Positions 18,792 through 27,161 of a stretch of DNA of 64,000 bases are shown one piece after another. A program made the translations under genes and the position numbers. The notes beneath the pieces are model-generated. The model searched no databases and had not been told where the DNA came from. It saw nothing but the letters and a program-made list of their open reading frames with translations. Each line of letters opens with the position of its first letter. Position 1 is the stretch's first letter. Source of the DNA: Dehalococcoidia bacterium (lineage in GTDB: Bacteria > Chloroflexota > Dehalococcoidia > Lucifugimonadales > JAGWBF01); assembly GCA_034423015.1 (NCBI GenBank), contig DAOUJG010000039.1:75633-139632 (forward strand), in the 5' to 3' direction.

Positions 18792-18834
18792 GACCGGCCT
18801 GGGAGAACGGCTCCGCCGTGGTCCCAGGCCGGTC
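18792..18834 (+). other. intercistronic stem-loop between SBP and permease genes
   Basis: Perfect 13-bp stem gaccggcctggga/tcccaggccggtc with a 17-nt loop and no U-tract. Confidence 0.55.
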
Positions 18835-18849
18835 CTGAGAGAGAGGTAC

Positions 18850-19809
18850 ATGGGAGCATACGCGGTAAAGCGCTTGCTGCTCTTTGTCCCGACGCTGATA
18901 CTGGTCTCCCTGCTGGCCTTCGGAGTGATGCGCATCCTGCCCGGGGACCCTGCGATAATGGTCCTCATAGGGCTGGAGGGAGAGGGGACCTACACGCCGG
19001 AGGAGCTGGCGGAGACCCAGCGGCGCCTGGGCACCGACAAGCCCCTGTACGAGCAGTACGTCAGGTGGGTCGCGGATGCGGTGCGTGGGGACTTCGGCTA
19101 CTCCTACTTCCGCAACAAGGCCGTCTCAAAAGAGCTGCTGGAACGGTTTCCCGTCACCATCCAGCTCACGGTTATGTCCCTCATTCTAGCCGTGGTGACG
19201 GCCGTGCCATTGGGCGTCGTATCGGCCGTCTATCAAGATAAATGGCCGGACTACGCGGCCAAGATATTCACCGTCGTCGGAATATCCCTCCCCACCTTCT
19301 GGGCCGGGATACTCATCGTGTTTTTCCTGGCCCAGCTCTTCAACTGGGGAGCGCCCCTGGGCTACGCCAAGCTCTGGGAAGACCCCCTGAAGAACCTCTC
19401 GCAGCTCATATTCCCCGCCCTGTCCCTGGGCTACTTCAACATGGCCTTTACGGCCCGCATAACCCGTTCCGCCATGCTGGAGGTGCTGAGGGAAGACTAC
19501 ATCAGGACGGCCCGTGCCAAGGGCCTGGCGGAGTCGCTGGTGCTCGTTCGCCATGCCCTCAGGAACGCCCTGCTGCCGGTAGTCACCGTCGCCGGGTACC
19601 AGTTCGGGATCCTCCTGGGCGGAGCCGTGGTCACGGAGGACATATTCCTCGTACCGGGAATCGGACAGGCCCTGATACTGGCCCTTGCCACCAGGGACTT
19701 CAACATCATTCAGGCGATAGTCCTGGTGGTGGGGGTGTTCACCGTGACCCTGAACCTGGTCGTCGACATTCTGTACGGGCTGATCAATCCAAGAGTCCGG
19801 TACGCATGA
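18850..19809 (+). CDS. ABC transporter permease (DppB/OppB-type)
   Basis: N-terminus AVKRLLLFVPTLILVSLLAFGVMRILPGDP and EDYIRTARAKGL EAA-loop region. Confidence 0.9.
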   Translation: MGAYAVKRLLLFVPTLILVSLLAFGVMRILPGDPAIMVLIGLEGEGTYTPEELAETQRRLGTDKPLYEQYVRWVADAVRGDFGYSYFRNKAVSKELLERFPVTIQLTVMSLILAVVTAVPLGVVSAVYQDKWPDYAAKIFTVVGISLPTFWAGILIVFFLAQLFNWGAPLGYAKLWEDPLKNLSQLIFPALSLGYFNMAFTARITRSAMLEVLREDYIRTARAKGLAESLVLVRHALRNALLPVVTVAGYQFGILLGGAVVTEDIFLVPGIGQALILALATRDFNIIQAIVLVVGVFTVTLNLVVDILYGLINPRVRYA

Positions 19810-19834
19810 TGAAGCCGGACCGTGGACGGCTGCC

Positions 19835-20755
19835 TTGTTCGGAGTAGGCACAACGGGAGAAGCCTTCGGCTTGGTCCGTAGGGGACTGTTGCACACCACG
19901 CCTGTGCTGCGGGGCGCCGTTGGGTTCTCCAGGCGAAAGCCCCTGGGCACCATCGGCGCCGGGATACTGCTTGTCCTCATCCTCGTCGCGCTCCTGGCTC
20001 CCCTTATCTCTCCCCACGATCCCGAGGAGACCCACGGCCACCAAAACGTACACGTCCCGCCGTTCGAGACCACGAACCTCATTCTGGGAAGCGACCAGAT
20101 CGGCCGCGACGTGATGAGCAGGCTCTTCTACGGCGCCCGTGTCTCTCTGTACGTTGGCGTGGTGAGCGTGCTCATAGGAATCACCCTGGGCTCTCTGCTG
20201 GGTGTCGTCAGCGCCTACTACGGGGGTCCCTTCGACCTCCTGATGCAGCGTGTGGTGGACGCTTTCATGGCCTTCCCTTCCCTCGTTCTTGGACTGGCGA
20301 TTATGGCGCTTCTCGGCTCGACCCTGAACAACGTGATTATCGCCCTGGTCGTCGTTCTGGCGCCGACCTCGGTGCGGACCGTGCGGTCCCAGGCCCTGGC
20401 CATCAAGGAGATGGACTACGTGCTGGCGGCCAGGGCCGTGGGCGCCAGAGACTTTCGCATCATCTTCATCCACGTCGTCCCCAACTGCCTGGCCCTCTTC
20501 ATGATCCTGGTCACTATCCAGCTTGGCTTCGCCATCCTGGTGGAGGCGTCCCTCAGCTTCCTGGGAGCCGGCCTGCCGCCGAACATAGCCACCTGGGGAG
20601 GCATGCTCTCCGAGGCGGGGACCGCGTACATACGGGTGGCCCCCTGGCTGTCCATACTCCCCGGCCTGGCCATATCCCTGGCGGTGTTCGGGATCAACAT
20701 GTTCGGCGACGCCCTGCGGGACGTCCTGGACCCCCGGCTGCGCGGGGCAGGCTAG
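19835..20755 (+). CDS. ABC transporter permease (DppC/OppC-type)
   Basis: LLAPLISPHDP N-terminal motif, multi-TM, C-terminal GDALRDVLDPRLR. TTG start is tentative. Confidence 0.88.
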   Translation: MFGVGTTGEAFGLVRRGLLHTTPVLRGAVGFSRRKPLGTIGAGILLVLILVALLAPLISPHDPEETHGHQNVHVPPFETTNLILGSDQIGRDVMSRLFYGARVSLYVGVVSVLIGITLGSLLGVVSAYYGGPFDLLMQRVVDAFMAFPSLVLGLAIMALLGSTLNNVIIALVVVLAPTSVRTVRSQALAIKEMDYVLAARAVGARDFRIIFIHVVPNCLALFMILVTIQLGFAILVEASLSFLGAGLPPNIATWGGMLSEAGTAYIRVAPWLSILPGLAISLAVFGINMFGDALRDVLDPRLRGAG

Positions 20756-20776
20756 AGACTACTTCGGAGGAGTCCG

Positions 20777-21673
20777 ATGAACCGGGATCTCAGGGGTTAC
20801 GGCAAGACGTACCCGGTCATCTCCTGGCCGAACGACGCCCGCATAGCCGTGTCCCTGGTAGTCCATTTCCAGGAGGGGGCCGAGCGAACTCCGCTGTACG
20901 GCGACAATGGGCCCGAGCTGAGCGCCCAGCCGGTGAGGCCCGCGGGACCCGGACGAAGCTGGAGCGTCGAGTCCATCTACGAGTACGGTCCACGCCGGGG
21001 CTTCTGGAGGCTGATGCGGATATTCGATAAGCACGACGTGAAGGCTACGTTCTTTTGCTCCGGGCAGGCCGCGGAGGGAAACCCGATAGCCGCCCGCAGA
21101 ATCACCGATGGAGGGCACGAGATAGCCGGACACGGTTATCGGTGGCTGCCATCCTACGAATTCACCCGTGACGCGCAGAGGGCCGATATAGCCAAGGCGG
21201 TCGAGGCCATCGTGAGCACGTCGGGAGAGCGCCCCCTGGGTTGGAACAGCAGGGCTCCAAGTGTTCATACGCGAGGGCTGCTGGCCGAGGAGGGCGGTTT
21301 CCTCTACGATTCCGACTCCTACAGCGACGACCTTCCCTTTTTCGCCCAGGTCAACGGTAGACGGTTCCTCACAATTCCTCATAGCCACGACACCAACGAC
21401 GAGAAGTTCTTGCCGGGTCCCCTGGTACCAGGGTTCACCAGGCCTGACCAGTTCTTCGCCAGCCTGAAGGCGACATTCGACGACCTGTACGCCGAAGGGT
21501 CCACGAACCCGAAGATGATGTCCGTGGGGCTGCATTTGCGGCTTTCCGGGAGGCCGCCGCGAGCGGCACAAGTAGACAGATTCATCCAATACGCGAAGGG
21601 CTTCCCGGGGGTATGGTTCGCACGCCGCGTGGACATCGCCCGGTGGTGGCTGGAGCACTACGGCGACCTCTAG
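20777..21673 (+). CDS. polysaccharide-deacetylase-fold protein, PuuE (allantoinase)-like, copy 1
   Basis: RDLRGYG...WPNDARIAVSLVVHFQEG, ESIYEYGPRRGFWRL, GHEIAGHGYRW, EEGGFLYDSDSYSDDLPF and GRPPRAAQVDRFIQYAKGFPGVWFARRVDIARWW all parallel PuuE. Confidence 0.8.
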   Translation: MNRDLRGYGKTYPVISWPNDARIAVSLVVHFQEGAERTPLYGDNGPELSAQPVRPAGPGRSWSVESIYEYGPRRGFWRLMRIFDKHDVKATFFCSGQAAEGNPIAARRITDGGHEIAGHGYRWLPSYEFTRDAQRADIAKAVEAIVSTSGERPLGWNSRAPSVHTRGLLAEEGGFLYDSDSYSDDLPFFAQVNGRRFLTIPHSHDTNDEKFLPGPLVPGFTRPDQFFASLKATFDDLYAEGSTNPKMMSVGLHLRLSGRPPRAAQVDRFIQYAKGFPGVWFARRVDIARWWLEHYGDL

Positions 21674-21730
21674 GACTCCGGGCCATCGACGAACGCGGCG
21701 GAGCCGGTCCGCGGAACGAGGAGAGCAACG

Positions 21731-22651
21731 ATGCTGACCTCAGAACGAGATTTCATCGGCTACGGTGTCGAGTTTCCTCAGATAAAATGGCCCGGCGGCG
21801 CCCGCATCGCCATCTCGCTGGTGATCAACTTCGAAGAGGGCTCCGAGCTCAACCCCTTGCTTGGAGACCCTGTGGCCGAACCCACCGGTGAGGCGTTTCC
21901 CGACTCCCTTGGCCAGCGCCGGCTGATCAACGAGTCCCTGTACGAGTACGGCAGCCGGGTCGGGTTCTGGCGTTTGTTGGAGATTCTCGACAAGAACGAC
22001 GTTAAAGCGACCGGTTCCGCGTGCGGTATGGCCCTGGAGCTGAACCCGGAATCGGCCAGGGAGATCACGGCCCGTGGCCACGAGATCGCCAGCCACGGAT
22101 ACCGCTGGGCCCCGGCCTCTATTGACACAATGGAAGAGGAGCGGGAGTATATCCGCAAGTCGGTCGAGGCGGCCCTGAAGACGACCGGAGAGCGCCCGCT
22201 GGGCTATCATGCAACGACCAGCAGCGGCTATACCCGCGAGCTGCTCGTGGAAGAGGGCGGCTTCGTCTACGACACCGACTCCTACGCCGATGACCTGCCC
22301 TATTTCGTGGAGGTCCATGGAAAGAAGTGGCTCGTGGTGCCCTACGACGTGACCACCAACGATATGCTCTTCTCACACCTTCCCGGTTACGCACAACCCG
22401 AGGACTTCTTCTTTCAGCTCAAAGAGGCCTTCGATTGCCTGTACGAGGAAGGGGCCACCCACCCGCAGATGATGTCGGTGGGTCTACACTTGCGCTTTGC
22501 CGGGAGGCCGGGTCGGAGCCGGTATCTCGACCAGTTCATCCGGTACGCCAAAGGCTTCCCGGGAGTCTGGTTTGCACGACGAATCGATATAGCCCGCTGG
22601 TGGCTCGAGGAGTACGGTGACCTACCCGCGCTCCCCAAGCCGCGTCGCTAG
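21731..22651 (+). CDS. polysaccharide-deacetylase-fold protein, PuuE (allantoinase)-like, copy 2
   Basis: Paralog of the preceding gene, with the same motif series (RDFIGYG, ESLYEYGSRVGFWRL, GHEIASHGYRW, DDLPYF). Confidence 0.8.
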   Translation: MLTSERDFIGYGVEFPQIKWPGGARIAISLVINFEEGSELNPLLGDPVAEPTGEAFPDSLGQRRLINESLYEYGSRVGFWRLLEILDKNDVKATGSACGMALELNPESAREITARGHEIASHGYRWAPASIDTMEEEREYIRKSVEAALKTTGERPLGYHATTSSGYTRELLVEEGGFVYDTDSYADDLPYFVEVHGKKWLVVPYDVTTNDMLFSHLPGYAQPEDFFFQLKEAFDCLYEEGATHPQMMSVGLHLRFAGRPGRSRYLDQFIRYAKGFPGVWFARRIDIARWWLEEYGDLPALPKPRR

Positions 22652-22657
22652 GATTCT

Positions 22658-22717
22658 CGCGGGTATTCACAGCGCGGGTATTCACAGCGCGGGTATTCAC
22701 AGCGCGGGTATTTACAG
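22658..22717. repeat. 4 x 15-bp perfect-phase tandem repeat (cgcgggtattcacag; last copy c->t)
   Basis: Copies start at 22658, 22673, 22688 and 22703. The array ends 3 nt before the ggagg RBS of the amidohydrolase gene starting at 22731. Confidence 0.95.
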
Positions 22718-22730
22718 GAGGTAATGAAAG

Positions 22731-24281
22731 ATGAGCTCTAGTCTGATACGGGGCAAGTACGTCATCTGCAAGATAACGGGACCAGACTCGGCCCAGGTGG
22801 TGTCCGACGGGGCAGTGTACCAGCGGGACGGGGCCATAGTGGAGGTCGGCCCGTACGAGGACCTGCGGCAGCGGCACCCGGACGCGGAGGTCATCGGCTC
22901 CTCCAGCTACGTGGTGATGCCCGGGCTGGTCAACGACCACTTCCACGTCGGATTCAGCCCCTTCCAGATGGGCTCGCCGGACCTGCCCCTGGAGCTATGG
23001 CAGGCGTCGAGGATGGGCGCCCGGCGGATAGACCCGTACCTCGACCAGATCTACGGGGCCATCCAGATGATCGAGTCGGGCACCACAACGGTGCAGGCCA
23101 TCCACGGAGGCGCGGCGTGGTGGAGGCCCATGGACCTGGAGGTGGCCGACAAGGCGGTCGGGGCCTTCCAGGACTCGGGCATGCGGGTGTCCTACGCTCC
23201 CTCGGTGGCCGACCAGGACGCCACCGTGTCCGGGGCCAGGGGAGGGGAGGCGGAGCTGACGGCCCAGATGCCGCCCGAGCTGGCGGAGCGGTACCTGGCC
23301 CCCCTGAGGGCCCGCTACCGCCCGGTGGAGGACCTGATGGCCGCCCTGGAGGAGATCTGCCAGAAGTACGGCAACGACCGGTACGAGCGGGTGCGCATCA
23401 CCATGGCCCCCAGCAACGTCCACAGGTGCTCCGACGCGCTGCTGGACAGCTTCCGGCGCATGGCCACCAAGTACAGCACCGGCATCCACATCCACCTCCT
23501 GGAGACCATCTACCAGAAGGAGTACGGAGCACGCCTGTGGAACAAGAGCCCTCTCCAGCACCTGTACGACCTGGGGTTCCTGGGCCACGACGTGGTGTGC
23601 GGCCACAGCGTGTGGGTGAGCGAGGATGACATCGACATCATGGCGTCCACGGGCACCAACGTATGCCACAACGCCAGCTCCAACCTGCGCCTGCAGAGCG
23701 GCATCGCTCCCGTGGGCCCCCTGCTCCGGAAGAACATCAGGATCGCCATCGGCAGCGACGAGGCGGGCCTCAACGACGACAAGGACCTGTTCCAGGAGAT
23801 GCGCCTGGTGCTGAAGATACACCGGGTGCCGGGAGTAGAGAACGTGCCGCCCACGTCGTACCAGGTGTTCCGGATGGGCACTGAGCACGGGGCCTACGCA
23901 AGCTGGTTCGGGGACAAGGTCGGCACCCTGGAGCCCGGCAAGCGGGCGGACGTCGTGCTGCTGAACCTGCGGAACATCGAGGAGCCTTACCTGGACCCCG
24001 ACGTGTCCATCGTGGACGCGGTGGTCCACCGGGGACGCAGCATCGACGTCGACACGGTCATAGTGGACGGCGAGGTCGTGATGCGGGACCGCAAGCTGAC
24101 CAAGATCGACAAGGAGGCGCTGTACGCCGAGTTCAAGAAGGCGCTGGACCGTCCCCTGGAGCCGGGGGAGGTCGACAGCCGGGCCCTGGGCCGGGAGGTG
24201 ATCCCGTACATGCGGCGGTTCTACGAAGGGACCCTGCCCGACAACCCCGTCAGCCACTCGATGTACAACGCCCGCCGGTAG
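22731..24281 (+). CDS. metal-dependent amidohydrolase (chlorohydrolase/aminohydrolase, SsnA/TRZ-ATZ-like), copy 1
   Basis: VMPGLVNDHFHVG (HxH metal site), HLLE, CGHSVW and GSDEAGLNDD motifs; 516 aa. Confidence 0.85.
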   Translation: MSSSLIRGKYVICKITGPDSAQVVSDGAVYQRDGAIVEVGPYEDLRQRHPDAEVIGSSSYVVMPGLVNDHFHVGFSPFQMGSPDLPLELWQASRMGARRIDPYLDQIYGAIQMIESGTTTVQAIHGGAAWWRPMDLEVADKAVGAFQDSGMRVSYAPSVADQDATVSGARGGEAELTAQMPPELAERYLAPLRARYRPVEDLMAALEEICQKYGNDRYERVRITMAPSNVHRCSDALLDSFRRMATKYSTGIHIHLLETIYQKEYGARLWNKSPLQHLYDLGFLGHDVVCGHSVWVSEDDIDIMASTGTNVCHNASSNLRLQSGIAPVGPLLRKNIRIAIGSDEAGLNDDKDLFQEMRLVLKIHRVPGVENVPPTSYQVFRMGTEHGAYASWFGDKVGTLEPGKRADVVLLNLRNIEEPYLDPDVSIVDAVVHRGRSIDVDTVIVDGEVVMRDRKLTKIDKEALYAEFKKALDRPLEPGEVDSRALGREVIPYMRRFYEGTLPDNPVSHSMYNARR

Positions 24282-24300
24282 ACACGGCCGGGCGGGAAGC

Positions 24301-25338
24301 CTAGATGTTCAGGCGGACGTCCTGGTAGCTCGGGTCCTTCTCGTATATCTGGAGCCTGTGGTGCCGCGCCTCGACGATGACGATCTTGTAGTCGTCTCCC
24401 ACGTCCACCGCCACCGGCCTGCGGAGCAGGGTATCGGGGGTCATGTCCACCCTGGCCCTGGCCTTGACCAGGTCCGGGCTGCCCCGCAGGGTTAGCTGGA
24501 GCCACGGGGACACCTCAGTCGCCTCGCCGGTAATGGCCACGAGGAAGTCGCCGTCCTCGTCGTATACGTTCAGCCTGTCGTTGCCCCAGTCGCAGACGTA
24601 GACGTCCCCGTCCTTGTCCACGGCCACGCCAGCCGGGCGCCGCAGCTCTCCCCGGCCTGTACCCGGGCTCCCGATGGTGGACAGGTACTCGCCCTGGGGA
24701 GAGAACTTCTGGACTCTGTCGTTGCCCCAGTCCCCCACGTAGAACGCACCGTGCCGGTCCGTGGTTATGCCCCAGGGCCGGTCGAACCGGCCCTCCTCCG
24801 AGCCCGGTCCGCCCCAGGTGGAGACGTACTCGCCCTCCCTCGTAAACACCTGCACACGGTGGTTCAGGCTGTCGACTATGTGGAGGTTCTCGTCGGCGTC
24901 TATCGTCACGCCCGCCGGCGCGTCGAGCTCGCCCTCGCCGGTCCCGTGCCTGCCCCACCTGCCCAGGAAGGCGCCGTCCGTGGCGAACCTGTGCACCTGG
25001 TGGGTGGCCTGGTCGGTGACGAAGAGGGTCTCGTCGCCGTCCATGGCCAGGCCTCCCGGCCAGAGGAACTGGCCGTCCTGCAGCTTCTCCACCGTAAGCA
25101 CGTTGAAGCCCGTTCCGGGGCCAGGTACACCGATGTCCTGGACCCACTCGTGGTCCAGGGTGCATTTGGTGATCCGTGGAGAGTTGTTGCGCTCGTCGCT
25201 GGCGTTGACGACATAGAGGACGTCTCCCGACCGGACCAGGTCGGCCGGGTGCTGGAACGAGGTCATCGAGTTCCCGAAGCGGCCCATGGAGTAGAGGTAC
25301 GTGAAGGCCCGGTTGCCGGCAACGCGAGTAGTGGGCAC
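24301..25338 (-). CDS. NHL-repeat six-bladed beta-propeller protein, copy 1
   Basis: Repeated blades (...PAGVTIDADENLHIVDSLNHRVQVF, PWGITTDRHGAFYVGDWGNDRVQKF, PAGVAVDKDGDVYVCDWGNDRLNVY). GTG start behind gggagg. No signal peptide. Confidence 0.85.
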   Translation of the reverse strand: MPTTRVAGNRAFTYLYSMGRFGNSMTSFQHPADLVRSGDVLYVVNASDERNNSPRITKCTLDHEWVQDIGVPGPGTGFNVLTVEKLQDGQFLWPGGLAMDGDETLFVTDQATHQVHRFATDGAFLGRWGRHGTGEGELDAPAGVTIDADENLHIVDSLNHRVQVFTREGEYVSTWGGPGSEEGRFDRPWGITTDRHGAFYVGDWGNDRVQKFSPQGEYLSTIGSPGTGRGELRRPAGVAVDKDGDVYVCDWGNDRLNVYDEDGDFLVAITGEATEVSPWLQLTLRGSPDLVKARARVDMTPDTLLRRPVAVDVGDDYKIVIVEARHHRLQIYEKDPSYQDVRLNI

Positions 25339-25353
25339 CTCAACGACCTCCCG

Positions 25354-26724
25354 CTAGCAGAACTGGTACTCCTTGGTTGCCCCGATGAGCTGCAGCACCT
25401 TGGTCACCCGGTCCTCGAAGGCTTCCGGGGCGTCCTCGGCGTGTCCCACGACCTCATCGTACGTCTCCTCGCCCAGGCGCACCGAGCCCAGTAGCTCCAG
25501 GCAGCCGTCGACCAACTCGCGGGAGGAGCGGCCCTCGCGCTCTCCGAGCCTGGCGATGATGTCCCTGACGCCCGGCAGGCTGGGATTGCTGAGGCGGTCC
25601 GCGCAGAAGTTGATCCGCCGGACCAGGGAGCCGCCGTCGATCCACTCCTTGCCCGTGTGCCAGCCCTCGACGCTGGGAGGATTGAGCAGGTCCTGGCCCT
25701 GGTACACCGATTCGAAGGCAAGCTCCATTACGCCGTGTCTGAGCTGGCCGTACTCGCCCACCAGCCGCACGGTGCTGACCACCACCTCGGCCGGGCTCCT
25801 CACCTTGGCGAACCAGACGGCCTCGTCCTTGAAGAAGTCCGAGTTGAAGACGAAACGCAGGGTCTCGGCGATGTCGTAGTCCGAGGAGGCCAGGGCGCCG
25901 GCTATCGCCTCCACCGCCTGGGGGTCCCGCGGGGGGATGTCGTTCCAGCTTGGGACCTGGACCTCGTCGGCGACGAAGAAGTTGTAGAGATGGCGGGCGA
26001 TGAACCGCGACGTGGCCGGGTGCCTCACTATTATGTCGATGACGTCCTCGCCGTTGAACCGGCCGCGCTGGCCGAGGAACACCTTCTCATCGAAGTCGTG
26101 GTCCTCGGGCCTGTACTCGAAGCTCCACAGGTTGGCGCCGGGCACCTTGGGCGAGATGGTCCAGCCCGTGAAGGCACGGGCCGCCTCGAACACGTCCTGC
26201 TCGGTGTAGTTGCCCTGGCCCATGGAGAAGAGCTCCAGCAGCTCCCGGCCCCAGTTCTCGTTGGGCGAGCCCTTGTGGTTCTCGTTATTGTCCAGCCAGA
26301 AGATCATGGCCGGGTCCATGGCCAGACACACCAACAGCTCCCGGTAGCTGCCCATGCCGTAGCGCCGGAACATGCCGATCTGGTGGACCATCTGGGTGAT
26401 GTTGTCCACCTTGGCGTCCCCCGTGGCGAAGACCATGTGCCAGAACAGGGCCATCTTCTCTTCCAGGGGGCGCGGCGTGGTCAGGAGGTGGTACATGAAG
26501 TTGGACGCACCCAGGTAGGGAGAGGTGGGGTACTCGTGCCCAGGGTAGTACCGGTTCATGGCCAGCTCGTCGAATTCGGGAACGCCGTTGGCCCCCGGAT
26601 ATACCAGCTCGTCGACGGTGGCCTCGTAGCCCCGGGCGGCCCGGGCCTCCAGCTCGCCGTAGGACGCTCCGAACCCGGCGCGGCGCATCAGATGGGCCAT
26701 CAAGGCGATACGCTTGTCTGCCAT
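25354..26724 (-). CDS. DUF1800 family protein, copy 1
   Basis: IALMAHLMRRAGFGA, EEKMALFWH, DPAMIFWLDN..N.KGSPNENWGRELLELFSMG and ARAFTGW motifs. Start ATG 26724. Confidence 0.8.
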   Translation of the reverse strand: MADKRIALMAHLMRRAGFGASYGELEARAARGYEATVDELVYPGANGVPEFDELAMNRYYPGHEYPTSPYLGASNFMYHLLTTPRPLEEKMALFWHMVFATGDAKVDNITQMVHQIGMFRRYGMGSYRELLVCLAMDPAMIFWLDNNENHKGSPNENWGRELLELFSMGQGNYTEQDVFEAARAFTGWTISPKVPGANLWSFEYRPEDHDFDEKVFLGQRGRFNGEDVIDIIVRHPATSRFIARHLYNFFVADEVQVPSWNDIPPRDPQAVEAIAGALASSDYDIAETLRFVFNSDFFKDEAVWFAKVRSPAEVVVSTVRLVGEYGQLRHGVMELAFESVYQGQDLLNPPSVEGWHTGKEWIDGGSLVRRINFCADRLSNPSLPGVRDIIARLGEREGRSSRELVDGCLELLGSVRLGEETYDEVVGHAEDAPEAFEDRVTKVLQLIGATKEYQFC

Positions 26725-26869
26725 GTGCACGACCTCTACCGGCGGGCTTCCCAGGCATACACTACCCGGCTGCCGCAGCTACACCCGCCGGACCCTATGG
26801 CCTACACTATATCACCCCGGATTTGGCAAATCAAAGAGATATGCGGAATTCCCCGATAACTTACGAATG

Positions 26870-26898
26870 AAGATGACGGTTTCGTTTGCCTGTAGGGT
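26870..26898. repeat. left end of transposon: 8-bp target-site duplication AAGATGAC (26870-26877) plus IR-L ggtttcgtttgcctgtagggt (26878-26898)
   Basis: IR-L matches the reverse complement of 30229-30249 at 20/21 positions. The same 8-mer abuts the outside of both IRs. Confidence 0.9.
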
Positions 26899-26913
26899 TT
26901 AGGCCATTTTAGA

Positions 26914-26941
26914 CCCCACGGCACGGCGCCGTGCCGTGGGG
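26914..26941. terminator. perfect 28-nt palindrome (14-bp arms) just beyond the last ORF of the transposon operon
   Basis: ccccacggcacggc/gccgtgccgtgggg, 6 nt downstream of the stop at 26947 (minus strand). No clear U-tract. Confidence 0.45.
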
Positions 26942-26946
26942 GTTCT

Positions 26947-27138
26947 TTATCCCGGCTTCCGACGGGGGTTTGCCTTTACGGTTGGTTCCAAGCTATCGGA
27001 CACCTCAGCCATGAGGCGAGCATACTGCCATGCTAAAGCAACGTGTATGCGCGACATGGCCTCATTGCCGCCTTCATAGGCCAATATGCCGGCCAGTGCC
27101 TGTCCAGCAAAATAATCCATTCGTGATATAGGTGTCAT
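26947..27138 (-). CDS. hypothetical small protein (63 aa)
   Basis: MTPISRMDYFAGQALAGILAYEGG...; ATG 27138 behind ggggaga. No family recognised. Confidence 0.4.
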   Translation of the reverse strand: MTPISRMDYFAGQALAGILAYEGGNEAMSRIHVALAWQYARLMAEVSDSLEPTVKANPRRKPG

Positions 27139-27161
27139 CGTATCTCCCCTGATGTCTTCAC

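Noticed and set aside
20777-22651. Calling the two deacetylase-fold genes allantoinase (puuE) outright.
   Set aside because: The motif series matches PuuE closely. However, two divergent paralogs in a non-purine-specific context make substrate assignment unsafe, so they are reported as PuuE-like only.
22658-22717. Possible CRISPR array (also considered for the 42-bp repeats at 56339-56464).
   Set aside because: The repeats are head-to-tail with no spacers, are too short (15 bp) or lie inside a coding repeat, and no cas genes are present.
22536-22946. 136-aa minus-strand ORF containing VNTRAVNTRAVNTRAVNTR.
   Set aside because: The peptide repeat is just the translation of the 15-bp intergenic tandem repeat. 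The ORF spans a gene boundary and is antisense to the amidohydrolase start.
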